DNA of 38,053 nt from a virus (taxonomy: Duplodnaviria > Caudoviricetes), in the IMG/VR virus record IMGVR_UViG_3300046808_000440, positions 1 to 38,053 of that record; one strand, written 5' to 3'. Each line of letters starts with the position of its first letter. The first letter of the stretch is position 1. Below are positions 1-8,400 of the stretch, piece by piece. The position numbers were made by a program, and so were the translations under genes. Below the pieces are notes generated by a model that made no database searches, was not told the origin of the DNA, and saw only the letters and a program-made list of their open reading frames with translations.

Positions 1-3
1 TCC

Positions 4-447
4 TTATACTCTTATGTATTTTAATGTAACATTTAAATCAGAACCTGCTATGCTGCTACCTACTTGCGTTACTTCTATTGTTACATATTGTCCATAATTT
101 ACATTAATTGGTGTGGTTACTAAAGAGGAGTCTGTGGCTCCACTATTAATAGTTAATGTTTGCACTCCTGTTCCATTAACTTTGATTGATAAAGTTATTG
201 ATGATCCAGATGGAGCAGTTACAATCCGAGCAATTGCACTGTTAATAGTTATGTTGGTAGCTGGATACCATCTTACACCAACATCACCTACAGTTAGTGT
301 ACCGATTTGAGTATATTGTTTTTCTAGAGCAACTCCAACGACTGTTGTTGCATTAATAGTGCCGACAGTTAGAATGCCGCCAATCGTTGCATCTTGTCCG
401 ACTATAAGACCTTTCTTTACACGAAAGTCTTTTTCTGTTGTTGCCAT
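4..447 (-). CDS. Small virion fibre/adaptor protein: N-terminal KDFRVKKGL peptide plus C-terminal beta-sandwich domain
   Basis: 147 aa ORF. N-terminus resembles the DF(K/R)VKxGL start seen in T4-like fibre proteins. C-terminal domain (RWY..TAPSG..KVNG..YVTIEVTQVG..GSDLNV) is paralogous to that of 19146..19565. Confidence 0.7.
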   Translation of the reverse strand: MATTEKDFRVKKGLIVGQDATIGGILTVGTINATTVVGVALEKQYTQIGTLTVGDVGVRWYPATNITINSAIARIVTAPSGSSITLSIKVNGTGVQTLTINSGATDSSLVTTPINVNYGQYVTIEVTQVGSSIAGSDLNVTLKYIRV

Positions 448-467
448 CTGCTTCCCTATCCACAGAT
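446..467 (-). promoter_or_regulatory. Candidate RNA hairpin over the RBS/start codon (AUCUGU-GGAUAGGGAA-GCAGAU)
   Basis: 6-7 bp stem with G-U pairs whose 3' arm contains the start codon of 4..447; purine-rich 10-nt loop. Confidence 0.4.
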
Positions 468-479
468 ATTAATTGAATA

Positions 480-860
480 CTACTGGGGTTCTACTTGATC
501 CCAAGAAGTTGTTGATTCATTCCAGGTATATCTTTCTCCATCGTTTGGATATGGAGTTGGTGCTTCCCACAAGCAGGATGTTTCATTCAGCACCCAAGAC
601 TCAAATGGCTTTGGTGGAATAAATGCATCTCTTTGTGCATCGTAAGTGTAACCAATTCCTGCATAATTTTTACGCAGTGCCTTAGTTTGATCTTCGGATG
701 GATCATTAGAGTTTGCCTGATAATGAACACCACCACGAGTGTTGTAAGAAGTTTGTATCCACTCTCCTGGGGAAGTGTCTACGAATGTTTCAAAAAATTC
801 TGGTTCTGCCACAATGACTTGTGTAACAGTACCACTAACTACTTTCGCAAAATGTGCCAT
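480..860 (-). CDS. Conserved phage hypothetical protein (MAHFAK...QTSYN...RKNYAGIG family), possible fibre assembly accessory/chaperone
   Basis: 126 aa ORF with a strong AGGAG SD at 870..874. Trp/Pro-rich C-terminus; this family is commonly seen beside glycine-rich tail genes. Confidence 0.7.
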   Translation of the reverse strand: MAHFAKVVSGTVTQVIVAEPEFFETFVDTSPGEWIQTSYNTRGGVHYQANSNDPSEDQTKALRKNYAGIGYTYDAQRDAFIPPKPFESWVLNETSCLWEAPTPYPNDGERYTWNESTTSWDQVEPQ

Positions 861-882
861 TGTTGATTTCTCCTAAAAGAAT

Positions 883-890
883 TATTTATT
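883..890 (-). promoter_or_regulatory. T4-like late promoter (AATAAATA)
   Basis: NATAAATA box at a gene junction, upstream of the SD of 480..860. Confidence 0.55.
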
Positions 891-1911
891 ACGCTGTAAA
901 TGTTCCTGATGATGTAAATGTGTGAATGGTGTAACCACCATTTGTTGTAACTGTTCCGCCAGTTCCTCTTTGTGATCCAGAGTACCGAATGACAACAATA
1001 CCAGAACCGCCAGCACCACCTATAGATCCTGATGGCGCTGTATATCCGCCAGCACCACCGCCACTGCCAGAATTTGCAGGGGCACTTTCCCCCGCAGAAG
1101 AATTAGTACCACGTCCTGCTCCGCCACCTCCAGAACCTCCAGTTCCACCTGTGCCGTTGTATGCTCCACCACCGCCACCACCAGCTCGAGTTACAGATGT
1201 CCCTGTAATTGAAGACGCTCTACCAGAACCACCATTTCCAGCAGTTGATCCAGAAGCATTTCCACCTACACTACCTGCACCACCACCTCCCGCTCCTGAA
1301 CCTAAATTGTCTTGGCCACCACTATTTGATCCACTACCACCTGCGTATCCTTGACCAGAAGTTCCAGAACCACCTGTAGCTATTGGACCTCCATTACTTG
1401 TACTACGAGATCCACCACCTCCAGAACCTCCAGCTATTCCATTTCCATTATATGCTCTAGATCCTCCACCACCAAGAGATTCTATAGTTGAAAATAAAGA
1501 AGATGATCCATTTCCACTATAAATACTATCAGCTGGTCCACTGGTACCTCCAGCACCAACTGTTACTGTATAATTGGTTCCAGCGATAACTGTTAATGGT
1601 GATTCTGCTGCTGCGCCACCTCCAGAAGTTTCTCCAGCAACAGAAGAACGATATCCACCTGCTCCACCGCCACCACCAATAGCGCCAGCACCACCTGCTC
1701 CACCTGCAATAACCAAATATTCTACTGAATATGACTGAGATGCTAATGTAGACCATCCAGTTCCGACATAGGTTTCTAAAGCATTGTTAGTAGTATTCCA
1801 TATAACTGTTCCGTTGCTTGGACTCTCTGGACGTGTTGCAACAATATTAATTAACCCCTGCGAAGAGGGTAATTGAGTAATTCCGTTTGTTCCGTCTATA
1901 GTTACTGGCAT
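889..1911 (-). CDS. Glycine-rich (polyglycine II) tail adhesin-like protein
   Basis: 340 aa: MPVTIDGTNGI start, RPxSPxNGTxIWNTT linker, EYLVIAGG...GGSGIVVIRY...HTFTSSGTFTA glycine-rich domain. Confidence 0.75.
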   Translation of the reverse strand: MPVTIDGTNGITQLPSSQGLINIVATRPESPSNGTVIWNTTNNALETYVGTGWSTLASQSYSVEYLVIAGGAGGAGAIGGGGGAGGYRSSVAGETSGGGAAAESPLTVIAGTNYTVTVGAGGTSGPADSIYSGNGSSSLFSTIESLGGGGSRAYNGNGIAGGSGGGGSRSTSNGGPIATGGSGTSGQGYAGGSGSNSGGQDNLGSGAGGGGAGSVGGNASGSTAGNGGSGRASSITGTSVTRAGGGGGGAYNGTGGTGGSGGGGAGRGTNSSAGESAPANSGSGGGAGGYTAPSGSIGGAGGSGIVVIRYSGSQRGTGGTVTTNGGYTIHTFTSSGTFTA

Positions 1912-1912
1912 A

Positions 1913-3013
1913 TTAACTTATTAAGTATCTTAGTATTACTATTCCTGACCCACCAGCGCCACTCGTTGACTGGTAACTTGCATTTGTTTCTCCAGATCCA
2001 CCACCGCCACCACCAGTATTTGCTCCAGCATTACCACCTTTACCGTTAGTGCTACTTGTATTGCCATTTAAACCTGGATTTCTACCTTGAGTATTTCCCA
2101 ATCCTGGTCCGACATATCCTGATGCTGCTCCGCCACCGCCACCACCTCCACCTGCTCCACCATTTCCAGCTCCAGTAGCGCCAGTCCAACCAGAACCACC
2201 ACCACCGCCAGCATAATAGAAGTTGTTACCATCTATATTTGATTGAATTCCTGAGCCACCTGCAGCTCCTGTAGATGTTCCAGTAGCACCTACTGCACCA
2301 GCACCACCACCTCCACCAGCAAATGCAGATGTTGCTGTACCACCAGCAAAACCTTGTCCTGTTGTTCCAGCACCTCCTGCGCCAGATCCATATCCACCAC
2401 CGCCACCAGAACCGCCAGAATTTCCTGAATTTTGTCCTTCACCACCACCTGCTCCACCACCAATTGCAGTTAATCCAAAAACAGTTGTGTTTGATCCATT
2501 ATTTCCTCGTCCAGTTCCTTCTGTTCCTGTGGTTGAAGCGCCACCAGCACCAATAACTACTGCATATTCATTTACGGATGGAGTGAATGTTCCAGTTAAA
2601 ACTCCACCTCCACCGCCTCCACCAGCAATATCATCGCCACCAGATCCACCACCTGCGACGATTAAGTACTCGACAGAAGTATTACCACCAACAGGAATAC
2701 CTGTTACAGAAAATGTTCCTGATGCTAAAAATGTATGAATTCTATAGTTACCAGATGTTGTTATTGTTCCACCTGTTGCTTGAATGCCAGTTAAACTTTG
2801 AACAGTTATCCAGTTATTACTATAATACATTTCCAATACATTTAATGTAGTATTGACACCAAATGTTCCATCACTTGGAGTTGCTGGTCTGTTTGCAGTC
2901 GTCCATGAAGGCATAACAATACCATTTGGTGCAACTATTTGAAATTTACCAGATGTGTCTGCCTCGACACTAAATCCAGTTTGAACTGTTGTTCCTGTTG
3001 TTATCGTGGTCAT
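1913..3013 (-). CDS. Glycine-rich tail adhesin-like protein (permuted form)
   Basis: 366 aa. The ATGG..HTF..SGTF segment precedes VEYLIVAGG, and the protein ends GSGIVILRYLIS. Confidence 0.75.
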   Translation of the reverse strand: MTTITTGTTVQTGFSVEADTSGKFQIVAPNGIVMPSWTTANRPATPSDGTFGVNTTLNVLEMYYSNNWITVQSLTGIQATGGTITTSGNYRIHTFLASGTFSVTGIPVGGNTSVEYLIVAGGGSGGDDIAGGGGGGGVLTGTFTPSVNEYAVVIGAGGASTTGTEGTGRGNNGSNTTVFGLTAIGGGAGGGEGQNSGNSGGSGGGGGYGSGAGGAGTTGQGFAGGTATSAFAGGGGGAGAVGATGTSTGAAGGSGIQSNIDGNNFYYAGGGGGSGWTGATGAGNGGAGGGGGGGGAASGYVGPGLGNTQGRNPGLNGNTSSTNGKGGNAGANTGGGGGGSGETNASYQSTSGAGGSGIVILRYLIS

Positions 3014-4137
3014 GCTGTAAATGTTCCTGATGATAAAAAAGTATGCACTGTATAACCAGTTATACTACTCACAGTGCCACCTGTTCCTCTTTGCGTACCA
3101 GCATAACGAATAATAACAATACCAGAACCACCATTGCCAGATGTAGGATTTGCGTGAGCACTTCCGCCACCTCCTCCACCAGTATTAGCACCAGCATTGC
3201 CACCATTTGCAGCACTAGAACCAGGACTTCCTCCAGTTGAGATACCACCTGCTCCAGAATTTAATGCTGAACCTCCACCCATTCCTGCTGGTCCAGTATT
3301 TGATCCACCACCACCGCCTCCACCAATACCACCATCTCCAGCACCATTACCAGATACATAAGCTCCGCCACCTCCACCACCTGCCCAATATAAAGATGTT
3401 CCATTAATGCTATTAAGAACTCCAGCGCCACCAGCACCAGCTTTGGCTGTAGCAGAAGCTGGAGTTTGCCCTACTGCTGCTGCTCCTCCACCACCTCCAC
3501 CTGGAAAATTTGTATTACCGCCACCGCCAGATCCACCTGCATATCCCTGCCCTGTTGTTCCTGATCCACCAGCTGCAGATGCATATCCAGAACCACCTCC
3601 ACCTGAACCACCAGATAATCCTGTAGTTAGGGACTCTCCAGCACCACCTCCACCGCCTCCAATAGCGGTTAAACCAAAAGCAGTTGTATTGGAACCATTA
3701 TTTCCTCTAGTTCCAGACTGTATGCCAACTACACCAGTGCCTCCTGCGCCAATTACAAAACTATAACTACCACCACCAGTGACAGTGAATGATGAAGACA
3801 AAACTCCGCCTGCGCCACCGCCTCCACCTAAATTTCCACCTCCTGACGCTCCACCAGCAATAATTAAATATTCAACGGAGTATGATTGTGACGCTAATGT
3901 TACCCATCCAGTTCCAGTATATGTTTCCAACACATTACTGGTTGTATTCCAAATAACAGTTCCGTTTGTTGGGTTTTCTGGTCTGGTTGCGACTGATTCG
4001 ATACCACCACCAGCACTACCTAATGTTAAGTTTCCGCTAGTAGCAGGCAATGTGATTACAGTATTTCCTGCAACAGCAGGTGCTTGTAAAGTTATTGTAC
4101 CAGATGTTGAACCAGCGAGAACTATCTTTCCGCTCAT
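3010..4137 (-). CDS. Glycine-rich tail adhesin-like protein
   Basis: Likely start is ATG 4137 (MSGKIVLAG), which forms an ATGA overlap with the upstream stop, rather than 4149. Paralog of 889..1911 and 4391..5425. Confidence 0.75.
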   Translation of the reverse strand: MSGKIVLAGSTSGTITLQAPAVAGNTVITLPATSGNLTLGSAGGGIESVATRPENPTNGTVIWNTTSNVLETYTGTGWVTLASQSYSVEYLIIAGGASGGGNLGGGGGAGGVLSSSFTVTGGGSYSFVIGAGGTGVVGIQSGTRGNNGSNTTAFGLTAIGGGGGGAGESLTTGLSGGSGGGGSGYASAAGGSGTTGQGYAGGSGGGGNTNFPGGGGGGAAAVGQTPASATAKAGAGGAGVLNSINGTSLYWAGGGGGGAYVSGNGAGDGGIGGGGGGGSNTGPAGMGGGSALNSGAGGISTGGSPGSSAANGGNAGANTGGGGGGSAHANPTSGNGGSGIVIIRYAGTQRGTGGTVSSITGYTVHTFLSSGTFTA

Positions 4138-4379
4138 AGAACAACCCATCTACTTGTTGCTGGAATAGTAACAGTTACACCAGCAGCAACAGTTATTGGA
4201 CCAGTAGAAGTTAATCCTTGATTTTCTTCTATGGTTACGTTTGAAGATATTGTTTTATTGTTTTTTAGTATGACACTACTTGTATCGGCATAACTACCAC
4301 CTCCACCTGCCTCTTGTGTAAGAGTTCCAGTAGTGGTAGTGTTTTTTGCTAGTTTGCTAAGGTTACGTGTTCTGCTCAT
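4134..4379 (-). CDS. Mini fibre adaptor protein
   Basis: 81 aa: MSRTRNLSKLA start, GGGG linker, and the C-terminal ..STGPITVAAGVTVTIPATSRWVVL module typical of phage fibre ends. Confidence 0.7.
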   Translation of the reverse strand: MSRTRNLSKLAKNTTTTGTLTQEAGGGGSYADTSSVILKNNKTISSNVTIEENQGLTSTGPITVAAGVTVTIPATSRWVVL

Positions 4380-4384
4380 AGTTA

Positions 4385-4392
4385 TATTTATT
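4385..4392 (-). promoter_or_regulatory. T4-like late promoter (AATAAATA), 5 nt before ATG
   Basis: Minus strand reads AATAAATA-TAACT-ATG; no SD present. Confidence 0.55.
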
Positions 4393-5425
4393 AGGCTGTA
4401 AATGTTCCTGATGTTGTAAATCTATGTACTGTATATCCATTTGCGGTAGTAACTATTCCACCAGTGCCTCTTTGTGTGCCAGCATAACGAATAATAACAA
4501 CACCAGAACCACCTGTGCCAGTATTATTTCCTGATCCAGATCCACCGTTATATTGTCCGCCACCACCACCGCCACCAGTATTAGCAGTGCCATTGACGCC
4601 CAATCCACTATGTTGCGATCCAGCACCGCCACCACCTAATCCACCTGATCCAGCTGTTCCACCTTCTTGCATATTTCCACCTCCACCGCCAGCATAATAA
4701 GTTGCTGTTCCAGATATAGAGTATTGTAAACCTATACCACCAGAACCAGCGACAGAAGCAGTACCAGCATTTGGAGTAGCACCAGCACCACCACCTCCAC
4801 CACCTGGATATCCACTGGCTTCAGGTCCTCCAACACCACCATTATTTCCTTGTCCTACTGTTCCGCTTCCAGCAGCAGTAGTTCTGCTGCCACCACCGCC
4901 AGATCCACCAGATAAACCAGTTAGTCCAACGCCAGCGCCACCTCCACCACCTAATGCAGTAGAAGTATTAAATGAACTATCTGTACCATTAGCACCTCTA
5001 GATGCATTTGGAGATGGATAACTTCCTATACCGCCAGCGCCACCAGCGCCAACAACAACAGGAAAAGTAGCACCAGGAGTAACAGTAGCAGCATTACCAT
5101 TTGGTTGTTTTGGGGATTCTGCGCCATAATATAGTAGACCTCCTGCCCCACCTCCACCACCAGAATGTGTTCCCCCACCACCACCACCAGCAACAATTAA
5201 ATATTCAATAGAATATGACTGAGATGCTAACTGATACCATTCTATTCCAGTATAAACCTCTAGTTTATTTGTAGTAGTATTCCAAATAATTGTTCCATTT
5301 GTTGGACTACCTGGTCTAGATGCAACTGATTCTATACCTCCACCAAGTTGCACGCTCGAATCTATCTTAGCCTGCGTTACTGCATTATTAGCAATAACAT
5401 TAGATGTAATTTTAGTAAGTGCCAT
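4391..5425 (-). CDS. Glycine-rich tail adhesin-like protein with MALTKI...AVTQAKID N-terminus
   Basis: 344 aa; same core as 889..1911 and 3010..4137 but a different N-terminal peptide. Confidence 0.75.
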   Translation of the reverse strand: MALTKITSNVIANNAVTQAKIDSSVQLGGGIESVASRPGSPTNGTIIWNTTTNKLEVYTGIEWYQLASQSYSIEYLIVAGGGGGGTHSGGGGGAGGLLYYGAESPKQPNGNAATVTPGATFPVVVGAGGAGGIGSYPSPNASRGANGTDSSFNTSTALGGGGGAGVGLTGLSGGSGGGGSRTTAAGSGTVGQGNNGGVGGPEASGYPGGGGGGAGATPNAGTASVAGSGGIGLQYSISGTATYYAGGGGGNMQEGGTAGSGGLGGGGAGSQHSGLGVNGTANTGGGGGGGQYNGGSGSGNNTGTGGSGVVIIRYAGTQRGTGGIVTTANGYTVHRFTTSGTFTA

Positions 5426-5429
5426 ATCT

Positions 5430-8400
5430 TTATTGTACTAAAAATGTTGATGTTGGTGGAGTAAAGTTTGCAGTATATCTAGCGAATCTAGTGATACGTA
5501 AGTCGTCGATGTAACCAGTTAATAATCCGTTGTTATCTAAATCTCTTCCAACGTCATATGTACCCGCTGTTCCGTTATAATTATTTGTATCAGAAGCGCT
5601 AGCTACCTCTATTCCATTTAAATATAGTTTTGTTACACTATTGTTTCTACAAAAAGCAACGTGTGTCCAAGATCCATAATAACTACTATAACTTGCTGAA
5701 AATAAGTTAGTTGTTCCGTTTACGCTTTGCCAATAAATACTATTTTGAAAAATAAGTGATGCCCAGTATCCAGTTCCAGTTGATGATGCAGCCACAAGTC
5801 CATGGGTGCCACCAGTATTAGTTGCATTTAACCAAAATTCTACAGTAAAATTGCCTGTACCAAATTGAAGCAAATTGTTATTTAAAATCGCCAAATAATC
5901 TCCAGTACCATCAAATACTAATGAACCTGTACCGTATTTTCTAGTTGATGTTACTATTTTTGCATCACCAACAGTTTCTAAAACATTACGAGAAGATATA
6001 TCAACTATGGCAGGATTGTTAAGGTTTAATAAAAAACTGGTATTTGAAATAGAAACTAAAGGCGCAGTTGGCGGTGTGAAAGCAGAAGTGTACAAAGCTG
6101 TTCCAACTAAAACTCTAAAATCACTAATATATCCTTGCCATGCACCACCATAAGTAGCATACTGTCCCAGACCATTTAATGTGCCTGCGGAATAGCTGGT
6201 GCTGACACTGCCTAATAAAACACCATTCATAAACACTCTAATAAGTCCTGCACTATCTCTAGTTATGGCTAAATGTTTCCAAGAATAAGATCCTTTAACT
6301 TGATCATTAGCTGTAGTTGCTAGTTGAGTCCCAACGCTACTTTTATCTAAAGTGACTACTCCCGTATCAACATTAATATATACAGGGAAATTACCAATAG
6401 TAAAAAGCCATCCACCTGCATTTGTAGAATATATCCAACCTTCAATAGTGAAAATACCTGATATATCAATATTGCTAGATGTAGTAAGTTTACTAGACCC
6501 ATCAAAGTATGCTGAACCACCATGTGTTACAGGAGAGTACGCAGCAGTTGGTTTAAATGGAGAGAAATTAAATACTTTAACATCACCGTTTTTAGTGATG
6601 GTAAAATTATTTGTAGAGTTATCAATAAATCTATTAGATTGACAAGTTAATAAAGATGTATTAGTAATAGCTGTAAGTGATGCGGTTGATGGTGTGAAAT
6701 TAGATGTATAAAGAGCAGTACCTTTGACAATACGAAAATTAGAAATATAACCAGTAAAATATTGAATACCTGAGTGTGAGTAAGTGCCTATTGTTGGATT
6801 ATATGTTGTATTACTAAAGTCTTGTGTACAAGCAGCAGATCCATTTGCCACACCGTTAATGTATAGGTAAGCAACCCCAGACTGACGAACAACGGCGAAA
6901 TGATTCCATTGATTTAACTGAAACTGATTAGTAGAAGTTAAAAATGTTGCAGCTCCGCTAGTATTAAAGTGAAAAACAAGATTATTAGCTGGCGTAGCAC
7001 TATTAGCTCCAGCTGTTATTAGAATATAATTTGTTCCTGATACAGTTTGAGCATATAAAGTAGCACCATAGGCTAGAGCAGTTAATTGATAAAACCATCC
7101 TTCTATGGTAAAATCTCCAGTTCCATAAGCAAATGCACTACCTGCTGGTGCTGTTAAAGAATCTCCACTTCCATCAAAGTAATTACTCCATCCTGCTGGA
7201 CTAAATGGCGAGAATGATCCTTGCGTCACATTACCAGTTCTAGTAACTGCAATATTATTTCCAGATGTATCAATAAACGTGTGATTGTTAACTGGCTGGC
7301 GATTTTGTAGTGTAAGGAGCTGAGTGCCAGACACAGCAGTTAATGGAGCGGTAGGTGGTGTGAAGGCAGCAGTGTAAACTGCGGTACCCTTAACCAAACG
7401 GAAATCACTCATATAGGTTTCTAAAGTGGCTGCAAAAGAACCACCATATTCAGCACCTAGTGAAATTCCATTGCCAGTTACTCCAACAAAAGAAAGTGTA
7501 TTTGTTACTTGACCAGCTAACGATCCATTAACATATAGTTTAAGGTTGTTTGATCCTGCACCCTCTCTTACACAAGCAATATATACCCATTGATAAGGAA
7601 CAAGTGTCGGACCTGTTATAATTACAGCACCATTCACGTATACAACAATAGCATTACCTGATGTGGAATAAATTAAAATTCCGTTTTGTCCTGCTCTGTA
7701 ATCACCAAGCTGAAACCATCTACGAGCATTACTTCCTGTTGCATAGGCAAAAAATTCTACTGTGAAATCTCCAGGAAGATCAAAACTTTCACTATCAGGT
7801 ATAGTTAAATAATCTCCTGTACCATCAAAGTATGTTGATCCTGTAGTAGTATCTGTTTCTGTAAATGGACCAAATGACGTTGTCTGTGGTGTATTAAAAG
7901 GTGTTATTGTATTATTAACAGAAGAGGCATCATATGTCATTCTGTTTGATGTAAAACCTAAAAATACTGTATTTGCTACGGCAGTTAACGCAGAAGTTGG
8001 TGCTGTAAATGAACTGGTGTATAATGCAGTTCCTTTAACGAATCGCATATTAGAAAGATATCCACCAAACTGTGATGGGTAATCTGGATGCATACTACGC
8101 CCAACTCTAATGTTATAAACTAAAGTGTCGACGTTGACTGTTCTACTAAATGTTGCGTTTAAAGTTCCATTAACGAAAAACTTTAGAGATCCAGCGCCAT
8201 CATAAGATACTGCGCAGTGACTCCATGCATTTAATGGAACAGAGTTAGCTGTAGAACTTGTACCTCCTGAATCAAATGACCAAGTATCAGTACCATTTAA
8301 TATCCAACTAAATCCAATAGTTGTTCCAACTGAAAAGATAAAAGAGCCACCTGAGTTACTTGGTCCAGTATAACTAGCATAAACTATTCCGCCAGTTATG

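Noticed and set aside
4138-4149. Longer starts in the ORF track (4149, 14069, 34437) and the 37931 start
   Set aside because: Downstream ATGs give canonical overlaps and match paralog starts; the last gene is open to the window edge.
889-5425. CCACCACC-rich tracts as CRISPR or simple-sequence repeats
   Set aside because: They are coding polyglycine; there is no fixed repeat-spacer periodicity.
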